Assembly: GCA_039933635.1 (NCBI GenBank)
Contig: JBDTNQ010000002.1
Span: 41,560-105,559, forward strand
DNA: 64,000 nt
DNA from: Acidobacteriota bacterium
GTDB lineage: Bacteria; Acidobacteriota; Vicinamibacteria; Vicinamibacterales; SCN-69-37
Direction of reading: 5' to 3'
The notes beneath the pieces were generated by a model. The model did not search any database. It had not been told where the DNA came from and saw only the letters and a list, made by a program, of their open reading frames with translations. The first letter of the stretch is position 1. Each line of letters opens with the position of its first letter. A program made the position numbers and the translations under genes. This document shows positions 46,403 to 56,760 of this stretch, in pieces.

Positions 46403-47989
46403 ATGTCCCTTGAGTCGCCGCAGCAGACGGCGAGAACCCGACTGTCGGTGTCGGCCGCGCTCGTCGCGGCGGGCATCATGTTCAGCCGCATTTCCGGGTT
46501 CATCAGAATCACTCTGTTTTCTTATGTGTTCGGTTTGCGGTCGGATGCGGGAGACGCGTTTCAGGCGGCACTCCGGATCCCCAACTTCCTCCAGAACCTG
46601 CTTGGCGAGGGGGTGCTCTCCGCCTCGTTGATTCCGATCTACTCGGCTCTGATGGTCGAGGACCGCGATCGCGCCGATCGCATGGCGCGGGCTGTGCTGG
46701 CCATTCTTGCGGTTATCACGTCGGTATTCGTGCTGATCGGGATCGCCGCGACCCCGTTCGTCGTCCCCCTGATCGCTGGTGGGTATACCGGCGAGAAGCT
46801 GGCGCTGACGGTCAACCTGGTCCGGATACTGTTTCCGGGTATCGGCCTGTTGGTAATGTCCGCGTGGTGCCTCGCAATACTCAACAGCCACCACCGGTTC
46901 TTCCTCTCCTACGCCGCACCGGTCTGCTGGAACGCGGCCATCATTGCCTGCCTCTGGATTTTCCGGCACGACGAGCTGTCCCAGTTGGCCATCCGGCTCG
47001 CCTGGGCCACGCTCGCCGGCGCAGGCCTTCAGCTCGCGATTCAGGTCCCGGTGGTCTGGCGGCTGATGTCAGGCCAATGGTCTCGCCTGCACGCGGACGT
47101 GGCCGAACCCGTGAAGAAGGTCCTCCGTTCGGCTGTGCCGGTCGTGTTCACCCGCGGCGTCGTGCAGGTGAGTGCGTACGTCGACAGTTCCATCGCCACG
47201 TGGCTCGGAACCGGCGCGGTGTCCGCCGTGACGAACGCGCAACAGCTCAACCAGTTGCCCATTGCGTTGTTCGGTATGGCGTTCTCGTCGGCGTCGTTGC
47301 CCAGCATGTCGACCGCTGCGGCCGCAAACCTGCCAGACGCCTTGCGTACCAGGATCATTGCTGGACAGGAAATGATCACGGCGCTGGTCGTGCCATCGAT
47401 GGTCGCCTTTCTCGCATGCGGCGACGTGATGGTCGCGATGTTGCTCGAGCACGGAAAATTCACGCACAGCGACACCCTCTACGTGTGGGGTGTGCTCGCG
47501 GGCTCCGCTGTCGGGTTGCTGGCGACCACGGTGAGTCGCCTGTACGTCTCCGCGTTCTACGCGGTCGGCGACACCACGACGCCGACCCGGTTTGCCCTTC
47601 TGCGCGTGGCACTGGTCGGCGGCCTTGGATATCTGCTCGCCCTCCCGCTGCCGCGCCTGATCGGCGTCTCGCCGTCGTGGGGCGCCGCCGGCCTCACGGC
47701 CTCGGCCGGTCTCGCAGGCTGGGTCGAGTTTCTGCTGCTTCGCCGCGCCCTTCAGCGCCGAATCGGCCCCGTGACGATCGGGCCCAAGCTCGCCGCTCGT
47801 GCCTGGATGGTCGCCCTGGGGGCCGCCGCGATCGCGAGCCTCTTCCGACTGACCATCCCGCCAACCTGGCATGTCGCCCGCGGACTCGTCATCCTTGGCG
47901 TCTTTGGCGCGCTCTACCTGGCCGGAGCGCAGGCCACCGGCCTGCTCGACAGTAATTCCATTGTGAGAAGGGTGCTGCGAAGACGCTGA
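46403..47989 (+). CDS. murJ: lipid II flippase MurJ (MviN)
   Basis: FSRISGFIRITLFSYVFG, DAFQAALRIPNFLQNLLGEGVLSASLIPIYS. 528 aa, multi-TM. Confidence 0.88.
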   Translation: MSLESPQQTARTRLSVSAALVAAGIMFSRISGFIRITLFSYVFGLRSDAGDAFQAALRIPNFLQNLLGEGVLSASLIPIYSALMVEDRDRADRMARAVLAILAVITSVFVLIGIAATPFVVPLIAGGYTGEKLALTVNLVRILFPGIGLLVMSAWCLAILNSHHRFFLSYAAPVCWNAAIIACLWIFRHDELSQLAIRLAWATLAGAGLQLAIQVPVVWRLMSGQWSRLHADVAEPVKKVLRSAVPVVFTRGVVQVSAYVDSSIATWLGTGAVSAVTNAQQLNQLPIALFGMAFSSASLPSMSTAAAANLPDALRTRIIAGQEMITALVVPSMVAFLACGDVMVAMLLEHGKFTHSDTLYVWGVLAGSAVGLLATTVSRLYVSAFYAVGDTTTPTRFALLRVALVGGLGYLLALPLPRLIGVSPSWGAAGLTASAGLAGWVEFLLLRRALQRRIGPVTIGPKLAARAWMVALGAAAIASLFRLTIPPTWHVARGLVILGVFGALYLAGAQATGLLDSNSIVRRVLRRR

Positions 47990-48100
47990 AGCCCCGGACC
48001 TGAAGGTTCGGGGCCCAAGGCTCCACAGAAGGCCCGGGCTGCACGGATCTCGGGGTCCCCGGGCACGGGTGCTGAGCCCTGAGCCGTCTTTGCTACCATC

Positions 48101-48865
48101 GTGGCCGTGCGCCGCATGCCTCCGTCCGCCATGGCGTCATCGTTCGGCCCGGGACCGATCACGCCCGCCGTACGGGCGTTGATCATCGCGAACGTCGTCG
48201 TCTACCTGGCAATGCTCGTGACGCCGGCGCGCGTAGCGGTGGTGATCCTCGACCTGTTCGCCCTGACGCCCATCGAGGTCATGCGTAACGGCCGGCTGTG
48301 GCAGGTGGTGACCTACCTCTTCCTGCACTCGCCGACATCCTTCAGCCATCTCCTGTTCAACATGCTCGCGTTGTGGATGTTCGGCGTCGAGCTCGAGCGG
48401 CGATGGGGTACGACGTTCTTCACGAAGTACTACTTCGTGTGCGGCGTCGGCGCGGGCCTGTGCACGGTGGCGGTGTCACTGCTGCCGTTCGAGGCAACGG
48501 CCATGTCGTACGTCATCCCGACGATTGGCGCGTCGGGCGCGATCTACGGCCTGTTGATGGCCTGGGCGCTGGTGTTCCCGAACCGGCGGATTCTGTTCAT
48601 GTTCATCTTTCCGCTGAGCGCCCGCGTGTTCGTGCTGATCATCGGCGCCATCGCGTTCATCTCCGCGCTCCAGGCCACGAGCGGGCCCGTGGCCAACGTC
48701 GCGCATCTCAGCGGGCTCGTCATCGGCTGGCTCTACCTGCGTGGCCCGAAGGACCTCCAGCTCGCCTGGAAATACCGGCTGACGCGTTGGAAGATGGATC
48801 GGATGCGACGCCGCTTCAACGTCCATCAGGGCGGCCGCCCTCCCTGGAACGACCGCGTCCACTGA
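48101..48865 (+). CDS. rhomboid-family intramembrane serine protease
   Basis: Catalytic Ser motif IGASGAIYGLLMA and His motif VAHLSGLVIGWLY. HxxxN-type motif HLLFNMLALWMFG. Start uncertain (GTG 48101/48107, or ATG 48116/48131). Confidence 0.85.
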   Translation: MAVRRMPPSAMASSFGPGPITPAVRALIIANVVVYLAMLVTPARVAVVILDLFALTPIEVMRNGRLWQVVTYLFLHSPTSFSHLLFNMLALWMFGVELERRWGTTFFTKYYFVCGVGAGLCTVAVSLLPFEATAMSYVIPTIGASGAIYGLLMAWALVFPNRRILFMFIFPLSARVFVLIIGAIAFISALQATSGPVANVAHLSGLVIGWLYLRGPKDLQLAWKYRLTRWKMDRMRRRFNVHQGGRPPWNDRVH

Positions 48866-50166
48866 TGCCGTCCCGACGCGTCCTGGCCGCCGCACTGGTC
48901 ACCGGACTGCTCATTCGGCTCCTCGCTCTGCCGCTTCCCGGAACGGGCGACGTCGTGATCTGGAAGGTCTGGAGCTTCGCCGGCAGCCACGACCTGACGT
49001 CGATGTACGGCATCGGCGGCTCGCCACCCGAGCGGCGCGCACTGCATTGGCGCGGCGAGGCCATGACGGTGGACTATCCGCCCGTGGCGCTCGCAGAGTT
49101 GTCCCTGGCGGGCCGGCTGTATCGCCTCTGGGATCCGGCGTTCGATGATTCCCGCATGTTGAACGTCGCCGTGAAGCTGCCGGGGCTCGCTGCGGAAGTC
49201 ACCTTTCTTCTCTGGGTCCTGTGGCGTGGACGCGCAATCGTCGGTGACACGGCCGCGTGGTGGATGGCCATCGCGATCTGGCTGAATCCGGCGCTTCTCC
49301 TCGACAACAGTGTGCTCGGCTACCTGGATATGCAGATGGCCGTGCCGCTGACGATGGCCGTGATCGCCGCTTGGCGCGGGCGCTCCGTGGCCGCGGGATG
49401 TCTGCTCATGCTTGCCGTCCTGACGAAAGCGCAGGCGATTTTCGTTGCACCGGTCGTCGTCATCGCGGCGTTGCGCCAGAGCATTTCACGAACCACGGCG
49501 CTCGCGGAGATGACCGCGGCGGGCGCCGTGACCGCCGCGGTGGCATTCGTCCCGTTCATCGCGCGAGGCGCGTGGAGCAACCTGACGCAGGCCCTGAGCC
49601 GGCTGGCGGCGCACGACATGCTTTCCGCGCAGGCAGCAAACGTCTGGTGGATCTTCACCTGGATGCTGCGTGTGCTCGACGTCGGACCCGAGTGGGGCTG
49701 GCAACGATCCCTCACGCAGGAGGTCCGCATACTGGCGATCACCCGGGCTGTCGACCTCGGGTATCCAAACGCGCGCGTGGTCGGCTTGGTCGTCTTCGCG
49801 GCCCTGGCGGCCTGGGGCCTTGTCGCGTTGTGGCGACGCCCGTCGCTGGTACGCGTGACGGCGACGGCGGCGTGGACCATGTACGCGTATGCGATGTTCG
49901 CGGCGCAGGTGCACGAGAACCACCTCGCGCCGGCGGTAGTCCTGCTTGCACCGGCCGCGGCGCTCGAACCGAGGCTGCGCTGGATCTTCTGGGCGCTCAC
50001 CGGCGTCGTCACGTTCAACTTGTATCTGTTCTACGGATTCGGCGAGGGATGGCCCGCGCTGTTCTCGCGGCAGATCACCTACGTCGACGCGTCGGTCCTG
50101 TTGGCCGTGGCGAGCCTGGGAACCTTCGCGTGGTTCACGCGGGCGCTGGCACGCGTGCCACGGTGA
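48865..50166 (+). CDS. GT-C-like membrane glycosyltransferase (DUF2029/ALG-like)
   Basis: TGATG coupling to the rhomboid gene. MPSRRVLAAALVTGLLIRLLAL. Loop motif MTVDYPPVALAELSLAGRLY. Multi-TM. Trimmed from ORF 48298. Confidence 0.6.
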   Translation: MPSRRVLAAALVTGLLIRLLALPLPGTGDVVIWKVWSFAGSHDLTSMYGIGGSPPERRALHWRGEAMTVDYPPVALAELSLAGRLYRLWDPAFDDSRMLNVAVKLPGLAAEVTFLLWVLWRGRAIVGDTAAWWMAIAIWLNPALLLDNSVLGYLDMQMAVPLTMAVIAAWRGRSVAAGCLLMLAVLTKAQAIFVAPVVVIAALRQSISRTTALAEMTAAGAVTAAVAFVPFIARGAWSNLTQALSRLAAHDMLSAQAANVWWIFTWMLRVLDVGPEWGWQRSLTQEVRILAITRAVDLGYPNARVVGLVVFAALAAWGLVALWRRPSLVRVTATAAWTMYAYAMFAAQVHENHLAPAVVLLAPAAALEPRLRWIFWALTGVVTFNLYLFYGFGEGWPALFSRQITYVDASVLLAVASLGTFAWFTRALARVPR

Positions 50167-50461
50167 GCACGAACGTGTCGTCGAGGCTCTCGGCCTGGTG
50201 GGCGACGTCAGCCGGTACGACGAGAACGTCGCCCTCGCGGACAGTCACGTCGGTCGCCCCCACGTGCGCCCGCAGCGCGCCCTGCAGGACGTAGATCAGG
50301 CGCTCACCGTCGTGACGATGGAGGGGCACGACGGCCCCCTTCTTGAAATAGGCTTGTGTCAGGGTCAGATCGGCCCCGGAAACCGTCTTGCGGGCCACCA
50401 TTTCGGTGACCTTGTCCAGGGCCAGTTCATCCCATCGGAAGAGCGTGACATCAAGCATCAT
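50135..50461 (-). CDS. cupin domain protein
   Basis: 108 aa from ATGATG at 50461. VPLHRHDGERLIYVLQGAL...GDVLVVPADVAHQAES. The rest of ORF 50135-52084 is antisense to the E1 gene. Confidence 0.7.
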   Translation of the reverse strand: MMLDVTLFRWDELALDKVTEMVARKTVSGADLTLTQAYFKKGAVVPLHRHDGERLIYVLQGALRAHVGATDVTVREGDVLVVPADVAHQAESLDDTFVLTVARVPAPA

Positions 50462-50533
50462 TTGCCAAGTTGTCGAGGAGTATAATCGAGCGGTTGCCCG
50501 GGCGACGGACCACGCGGGAAAGGGTTTCGCCGG

Positions 50534-52654
50534 ATGAAGAGCAGCACGACCGAAGCACCTCTCTCGTTTGCCGAAGATCTCACCGCCGACGATCTGGTCC
50601 GCATCTATCGCCTGATGCTGACCTCGCGCCGGATCGACGACAAAGAGATTCAACTCAAGAATCAGAGTCAACTGTTCTTCCAGATCAGCTGTGCGGGGCA
50701 TGAGGCCATCCTCGTGGCCGCCGGCTGCGTGCTGCGTGCCGGGCACGACTGGTTCTATCCCTACTATCGCGATCGGGCCCTGTGCCTCACGCTCGGCATG
50801 ACACCGCGGGAGATGTTCCTGGCCGGCGTCGGTTCCTCTGAGGATCCGACGAGCGGCGGCCGCCAGATGCCCTCGCACTGGGGCGATCCCAGGCTGCACA
50901 TCGTGTCGCAGTCGAGCGCCACGGGCACGCAGTGCCTCCAGGCAGTCGGCTGCGCGGAAGCCGGGCTGCTGTTCGATCGGTTGACGAACATTCCCGATCG
51001 GTCGTCGCACTACAAGAGCGACGAAGTCACGTACGTGTCGGTCGGCGACGGCGCGACGAGCGAAGGCGAGTTCTGGGAATCCTTGAACGTCGCGTGTCTG
51101 CGGCAACTGCCGGTGCTCTTTCTCGTCGAGGACAACGGCTACGCGATCTCGGTGCCGGTGAGCGCGCAGACCCCGGGCGGGAGCATTTCGCAGCTCGTCG
51201 AGAACTTCCCCCATCTCCAGGTCACGCGCTGCGACGGAACGGACGTGCTCGACAGCTATCGCGCGATGTCGCGCGCCGCACTCTGGTGCCGGGAGCGGCG
51301 TGGTCCCGCGCTCGTTCATGCCACGGTGACGCGGCCCTACTCGCACTCGCACTCGGATGATGAGCGCTGGTACCGAACGGCCGAGGAGCGCGCCGAGGAA
51401 GCGACGCGTGATCCGGTCACCAAATTCGCCGCGTTTCTCCGCGACCATCGCATCCTCTCCGACGACGACCTGGCGAACCTTGCGCGGAGCATCGATCGCG
51501 ACATCAGCGAAGCAGTCGAGTCTGCATTGAAGGCGCCGAAGCCTCTGCCGGAAACAGCAGGTTTGTACGTGTACTCCCCGACGGTCGATCCAACCGGTCC
51601 AGAGTTCCGGACGACGGCTGACCCGGATGGCAAGCCGGACACGATGGTCGCCGCGATCAACCACACGCTGCGGGACGAGATGGCGGCCGATTCGCGCATC
51701 ATCGTCTTCGGCGAGGACATCGCAGACGCGACAAACGATGCCGCGCTCGCCGAGTGCACGGGCAAGGGCGGCGTGTTCAAGGTGACCCTCAATCTTCAGC
51801 GCGCGTTTGGATCCGACCGGGTGTTCAACTCGACGCTCGCCGAGGCGGCCATCGTCGGTCGCGCCTGTGGCATGGGCACGCGGGGGCTGAAGCCGGTCGT
51901 CGAGATCCAGTTCTTCGACTACATCTGGCCGGCCATGATGCAGTTGCGCGACGAAATCTCGATGTTGCGCTACCGCTCGAACAACGCGTTCGCCTGTCCG
52001 ATGGTCGTGCGGGTCGCCATCGGCGGCTACTTGCGCGGCGGATCGATTTACCACAGCCAGTCCGGCGAAAGTATCTTCGCGCACTGCCCCGGCCTGCGCG
52101 TCGTGTATCCCTCAACCGCGCAGGACGCGGCCGGTTTGCTGCGGACCGCGATCCGGTGCGACGATCCGGTGCTGTTCCTCGAGCACAAGCACCTCTATCG
52201 CCAGACGTACAACAAGGGCGAATATCCGGGCGCGAACTACATGGTGCCGTTCGGCAAGGCCGCCACGCGCCGCGAAGGGACGGATGTCACCGTCGTCACC
52301 TGGGGCGCGCTCGTGCAACGCTCGCTCGTGGCCGCGCAGCAGGCGGAAAAGGACGGCATCAGCGTGAAAGTCATCGACCTTCGGACGATCATGCCGTTCG
52401 ACTGGGACGCCATTGCGGCCGCCGTGCGCCAGACCAACCGCGTCGTCATCGCGCATGAAGATCAGTTGACCTGCGGATTCGGCGCGGAACTCGCCGCGCG
52501 CGTCGCGTCCGACCTCTTCGGTGATCTCGACGCGCCGGTGAAACGCGTCGGGGCGATGGACACACCGGTGGCCTACCATCCCGACCTCGAGGAAGTCATC
52601 CTGCCGGGCACGCCGCACGTGCTCGCGGCCATTCTCGAAACGGCCCGCTACTGA
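50534..52654 (+). CDS. fused E1 alpha/beta thiamine-diphosphate-dependent 2-oxoacid dehydrogenase component
   Basis: The alpha part carries the TPP motif [17 protein letters not shown]. The beta part carries FGEDIAD...GGVFKVT and a transketolase C-terminal-like end. 706 aa as a single ORF. Confidence 0.85.
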   Translation: MKSSTTEAPLSFAEDLTADDLVRIYRLMLTSRRIDDKEIQLKNQSQLFFQISCAGHEAILVAAGCVLRAGHDWFYPYYRDRALCLTLGMTPREMFLAGVGSSEDPTSGGRQMPSHWGDPRLHIVSQSSATGTQCLQAVGCAEAGLLFDRLTNIPDRSSHYKSDEVTYVSVGDGATSEGEFWESLNVACLRQLPVLFLVEDNGYAISVPVSAQTPGGSISQLVENFPHLQVTRCDGTDVLDSYRAMSRAALWCRERRGPALVHATVTRPYSHSHSDDERWYRTAEERAEEATRDPVTKFAAFLRDHRILSDDDLANLARSIDRDISEAVESALKAPKPLPETAGLYVYSPTVDPTGPEFRTTADPDGKPDTMVAAINHTLRDEMAADSRIIVFGEDIADATNDAALAECTGKGGVFKVTLNLQRAFGSDRVFNSTLAEAAIVGRACGMGTRGLKPVVEIQFFDYIWPAMMQLRDEISMLRYRSNNAFACPMVVRVAIGGYLRGGSIYHSQSGESIFAHCPGLRVVYPSTAQDAAGLLRTAIRCDDPVLFLEHKHLYRQTYNKGEYPGANYMVPFGKAATRREGTDVTVVTWGALVQRSLVAAQQAEKDGISVKVIDLRTIMPFDWDAIAAAVRQTNRVVIAHEDQLTCGFGAELAARVASDLFGDLDAPVKRVGAMDTPVAYHPDLEEVILPGTPHVLAAILETARY

Positions 52655-52680
52655 CGACTCCAGAATCGGCCTCGGCCATC

Positions 52681-53820
52681 GTGGTGGGCGCCGGAATCGG
52701 CGGCCTCGCGGCGGCGCTGTCGCTCCGGCGGGCGGGCTGGCAGGTCACGGTCTTCGAACAGGCTGCCGCGCCACGCGAGCTTGGCTTCGCCTTGCTTCTT
52801 GCGCCAAACGCCATGCACGCACTTCGAGCAATCGGCATGGCGGATGCCATGCACGCGGGCGGTGCGGTCTTGAAGCGCGTCGAGATTCGACGGCCCGACG
52901 GTCGGGTGCTGCGGCGACTCGATACGTCGGCCGTGAGCCGGGCGCTGGGTGAGGATTCCGTCTGCGCGCTGCGGCCGGTACTCCATGGCGCGCTGCTCGA
53001 CGCGGTCGGCCAGGCGGATCTGAGGCTCGGACAGCCCGTCACCTCGTTTCGCCAGGACGGCGACGTCGTGGTCGTCGAGGGCGCGCTCGGTGCCCTCGGC
53101 GCGGCGCGCCTCGTGGTCGGCGCCGACGGCGTGGGATCGGTGCTACGGCGTCAGCTTCATCCCGCCGCACCCCCACCAAGGCCGAGCGGGCTGCTGGCGA
53201 TGCGAGGCGTGGCGTGGGATGCCGTCGCACACCTGGAAGGCGTGAGCGGAGCGCAGTACCTGGGCCGCGGACTCGAAGCCGGACTCGCTCGAGCCAGCGA
53301 TCGGGCGGTGTACTGGTATCTCTCGCTGCGCGACGACCACGTGGCGCGCGCCGGCGGCACGTCCGACCCGCTGGCCCTGCTCCGCCGCATTGCCGAACCG
53401 TTCCACCCGGCGTTCAACGCCATCGTCGGAGCGACCCGGCCGGAGGACTTGCGTCTGGATGCATTGATCACGCGCGCGCCGTTGCGCTCGTGGGGGACCG
53501 GATCGGTGACGCTCCTCGGCGATGCCGCGCATCCGATGCTGCCTCACGCCGGTCAGGGTGCCGCGCAGGCGCTGGAGGATGCCGTCGCGCTCGGACAGAT
53601 CGTCCGGCCAGAACGCCCGGTGCCAGAGGCGCTCAGACGGTATGAGGACATCCGTCAGCGCCGGACGTCGAAGGTGGTGGCACAGGCGCAGCGCAACGCA
53701 CGGATGGGATCGATCGACAGCCGACTGGGATGCGCGCTGCGCGACCTGGCGATCCGGACGGCGCCGGCCGCGCTCATCCTGAAGGCGCAAGTCGCGCTCG
53801 GACGGCCACCCGTTGACTGA
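52681..53820 (+). CDS. FAD-dependent aromatic-ring monooxygenase (salicylate hydroxylase/UbiH-like)
   Basis: VVGAGIGGLAAALSL (GxGxxG) and LLGDAAHPMLPHAGQGAAQALEDA. The N-terminus looks truncated at GTG 52681, so the true start may be a non-canonical codon upstream. Confidence 0.8.
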   Translation: MVGAGIGGLAAALSLRRAGWQVTVFEQAAAPRELGFALLLAPNAMHALRAIGMADAMHAGGAVLKRVEIRRPDGRVLRRLDTSAVSRALGEDSVCALRPVLHGALLDAVGQADLRLGQPVTSFRQDGDVVVVEGALGALGAARLVVGADGVGSVLRRQLHPAAPPPRPSGLLAMRGVAWDAVAHLEGVSGAQYLGRGLEAGLARASDRAVYWYLSLRDDHVARAGGTSDPLALLRRIAEPFHPAFNAIVGATRPEDLRLDALITRAPLRSWGTGSVTLLGDAAHPMLPHAGQGAAQALEDAVALGQIVRPERPVPEALRRYEDIRQRRTSKVVAQAQRNARMGSIDSRLGCALRDLAIRTAPAALILKAQVALGRPPVD

Positions 53821-53859
53821 GTAGGGCTCGCCGAGGCGAAGCCGCAAAGCGCTGCGCCG

Positions 53860-56631
53860 TCAGGGCACGATCAACCAGCTTCCCGTGGCTCCGCGGTACA
53901 GGGCGATTTCGGCCGCGCTACTGCCTTCATAGTTGCCTGGAAGTTGGACGTCGCCAGATCCGACCCGCTTCACAAGCGTCCCGCCGCCCGACTTCAGCAC
54001 GTACCAGTCACCTGTCGCCGCTCGAGCGATGGCGATATCGGCCTTGCCGTCGCCATCGTAGTCGGCCGGCACGGGTGTGTCGCCAAGGCCGTATACCGCC
54101 GGCGCCCCCCAGCCCACTCCGGCGGTCGAGCCGCCGCCTGACAGGGCGCGATACCAGATGCCCGTGGAGCTGCGGTACACCGCGAGGTCTGTGCGGCCGT
54201 CGCCGTCGTAGTCGGCCGGCACCGGGATATCACCGAGGCTCGGGGCACCCCACGAGAATGCACCGGAGCCGCCACGCGAGTAAGCGATGTACCACATGCC
54301 TGTCGACATCCGGTAAACCGCGACATCCGCACGCCCGTCCCCATCGTAGTCGCGCGGTACGGGCACATCACCCACAGGCGGGTAGCCCCAGCTCATCGTC
54401 GTCGACCCACCCGTTGATCTCAGAATGAACCACTGCCCCGTGGACGTCCGGAAGACCGCGATGTCGGTCTTGCCGTCACCGTCGTAGTCGGCCGGTACCG
54501 GCACGTCTCCGACCGAAAACGCGCCCCAGGGCGTCTGCCTGTAGCCGGTGGACGACCCGAGGATGTACCACATGCCTGTGGTGCTACGGTACACGGCCAA
54601 GTCGCGCTTGCCGTCACCGTCGAAATCTCCCGCGACCGGCGTATCCGTCGGAATGCCCCAGGCGATGGCGACTCGGACCCCAGCCGTCACCGCGCCGGCC
54701 GGCCCGCCCGTGCTGGTCAGTGAGTAGGCCGTTGTCGAGGCCGGGCTCACTGCCACAGTGCCGGTATCGCCCGAGAACGGCGAGAGCGTCGAGATCGTCA
54801 CATTCGACGCGCGCGCGACGCTCCAGCTCAACACGGCAGGAGCGAGATCGGGCGTCGCCAGGAACGCGACGAAACTTGGCGCCGTCGACGTGTTGCCGGA
54901 CGAACGCATGCTGGGCGAGGCGTTCAGCCCGGCGATGGTCGACGTGGCGCCTCCACAGCCCGAAAAATACAGGTCTGGCGCGGCGGAGCGCGGCGTGATG
55001 TTGTTGTTCACGTAGGCGAGGATCGTCCGCACGACCGGACCGCATGCCTGCTCGTAGATTTGGTACATCGCGTTGTCCGCGATGATTGAGCTTTGCACTG
55101 AGCCCGAGGCCGTCCCGCCCACGAACAGGCCGCCACCGTTGGCCGCGGTGTTGGCATACACGCGCGACCCACTCATGGTGAGGCTCGCTGCGGTATCGAG
55201 ATAGATGCCGCCGCCATAGTCGACGGCCGAATTCCTGGCTATCGTCGTCGATGTGATCGTCGCAGCGGTGAGCGTCGCCAGAACCAGTCCGCCGCCGTCC
55301 GACAATCCGGACGTGTTCACGATATTCCGGAGGATGTGGCTGCCCGTGATCGTGAGATCGACACGGTCGGCGAGGACACCTCCCCCGTAGACTGCCGCCA
55401 CGTTGTCCGAGATCAATGAATCGGTAATCTGCGCCGAGGCGCGCGCGGCGCCCGACGTGCACGGCGAGCCGCCGCAGTACTGATCGCCCGAGATCATCAT
55501 TCCGGCGCCGCGACGCGCATCGTTGTTCCTGACGACGGTGTCCACGAGCGACAGGCTTCCGGCCGGCCGAAAGGGGCTCGAGACGTTGTTGGACGTGATG
55601 TCGATGCCCCCGCCAAATCCGCCAACCGCTTGCGGATCCTGTGCGTGGTTACCATCGATGATCGAACCCGTGATCTCGAATCGAGCCCGGTAGGAGCTCA
55701 GGCCGCCGCCGGTGTTTGCCGTGTTGTTGCGGATCGTCGCGCGCACGAGATATGCCGTGGCGTTGTCTTCGATGTGCACGCCGCCGCCTTCGGCGGGATT
55801 CTCGGCTGGACTGAACCGTTCGGCGATGTTGTTCGAGACTTCCGTGTCCTCGAGCAGCATCGCCGCGGCACCATACGTCGACGTATAGGTGCCGATCAGG
55901 ATGATGCCACCTGCGGCGAACTTCGATCGATTGCCTGTGATCAGGCAGCCTCTGAAGCTCGGGGAAGCATCATTGATGTGCACGCCGCCGCCCATCCCGA
56001 TGTTGCCCGTGCCCGCGCCGCCCGCCCCGGACACGTTGTCACGAATCCGGCAGTCCGAAAAAGAGGGGCGCGAACCCGTGATGATGAGGAGGCCGCCACC
56101 GAAACGATCGGCGGTGTTGTTCCTAATCTCGCAGTGAGCAAATCTCGGGCTCGACTTGAAGATGACACCGCCACCGCCATCCATCGCCCGGCTGTTCTCG
56201 AAAACCACGTCAACCAGATCGGGCGAGGACTCCTGAAACGTGAACCCGCCGCCGGTGCCGGGCCCGCCGACGCCTCCCCGGAACGTGAATCCCTCGAAGC
56301 GCACGGCGCCGGACGCAATGTACAACCGGAGCGCCGGCAGATTCGCCAGCGAGGCATCAACGATGGTGGAGCCGGAGCCGGACAGTCCGCGCACGGTGAT
56401 CGACTTGCCGCTCCCGGCGATGATTGGGGCCTCGTAGTACACGCCGGGCTGAACCTCGACGATGGACCCATCCGGCGCGGCGCCGGACAACACCGCGTTG
56501 ATCGCGGCTTGAATGCTGGAATAGTCGGCGGGGACGCGCAGCGTCGCGGCAAACGCGGGAGCGGCCAGGAGTGTCTGAATCAGGGCCGTCGTCAGGGAGA
56601 CCCGGATGCGCCGTGAGAAGCGGGAGAACAT
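53860..56631 (-). CDS. secreted right-handed beta-helix (PbH1) protein with C-terminal VCBS/FG-GAP-like repeats
   Basis: Signal peptide MFSRFSRRIRVSLTTALIQTLLAAPAFA. Many repeats of the type NN.A..GGG. in the central region. Six C-terminal DYDGDGK.D.AVYR.STG.W repeats. Confidence 0.75.
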   Translation of the reverse strand: MFSRFSRRIRVSLTTALIQTLLAAPAFAATLRVPADYSSIQAAINAVLSGAAPDGSIVEVQPGVYYEAPIIAGSGKSITVRGLSGSGSTIVDASLANLPALRLYIASGAVRFEGFTFRGGVGGPGTGGGFTFQESSPDLVDVVFENSRAMDGGGGVIFKSSPRFAHCEIRNNTADRFGGGLLIITGSRPSFSDCRIRDNVSGAGGAGTGNIGMGGGVHINDASPSFRGCLITGNRSKFAAGGIILIGTYTSTYGAAAMLLEDTEVSNNIAERFSPAENPAEGGGVHIEDNATAYLVRATIRNNTANTGGGLSSYRARFEITGSIIDGNHAQDPQAVGGFGGGIDITSNNVSSPFRPAGSLSLVDTVVRNNDARRGAGMMISGDQYCGGSPCTSGAARASAQITDSLISDNVAAVYGGGVLADRVDLTITGSHILRNIVNTSGLSDGGGLVLATLTAATITSTTIARNSAVDYGGGIYLDTAASLTMSGSRVYANTAANGGGLFVGGTASGSVQSSIIADNAMYQIYEQACGPVVRTILAYVNNNITPRSAAPDLYFSGCGGATSTIAGLNASPSMRSSGNTSTAPSFVAFLATPDLAPAVLSWSVARASNVTISTLSPFSGDTGTVAVSPASTTAYSLTSTGGPAGAVTAGVRVAIAWGIPTDTPVAGDFDGDGKRDLAVYRSTTGMWYILGSSTGYRQTPWGAFSVGDVPVPADYDGDGKTDIAVFRTSTGQWFILRSTGGSTTMSWGYPPVGDVPVPRDYDGDGRADVAVYRMSTGMWYIAYSRGGSGAFSWGAPSLGDIPVPADYDGDGRTDLAVYRSSTGIWYRALSGGGSTAGVGWGAPAVYGLGDTPVPADYDGDGKADIAIARAATGDWYVLKSGGGTLVKRVGSGDVQLPGNYEGSSAAEIALYRGATGSWLIVP
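53863..54630 (-). repeat. tandem coding repeats (~46 aa / ~138 nt, six units) of VCBS/FG-GAP type
   Basis: Repeated (G/A)DYDGDG(K/R)xDxAVYRxSTGxWYxxxSxGG....WGxxxxGDxPVPA units in the translated C-terminus. Confidence 0.8.
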
Positions 56632-56760
56632 GGTTGTACGTCGCAGCAAGATTCGTTCCGCGCCGGCAATTGGGGGCACCCTCACGGATGCACCGCGTCC
56701 AGCCTGAAACTGCACGTGAGGCGACGGTATTCGTGCGAAGCTGCTGTCGAGGTTCCGTCT

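Noticed and set aside
47991-48014. Hairpin gccccgg...tcggggc just after the murJ stop, considered as a Rho-independent terminator
   Set aside because: The stem is only about 6-7 bp with a 12-nt loop and no following T tract. Evidence is insufficient to call a terminator.
50462-52084. Long minus-strand ORF (part of the 649-aa ORF 50135-52084), antisense to the E1 dehydrogenase gene
   Set aside because: Only its last 108 codons (50135-50461) look like a real protein, a cupin with metal-binding His motifs. The remainder is Arg/Gly/Asp-rich with no motifs. It mirrors a plus-strand gene that has clear TPP and transketolase motifs. This is the typical high-GC antisense ORF artefact.
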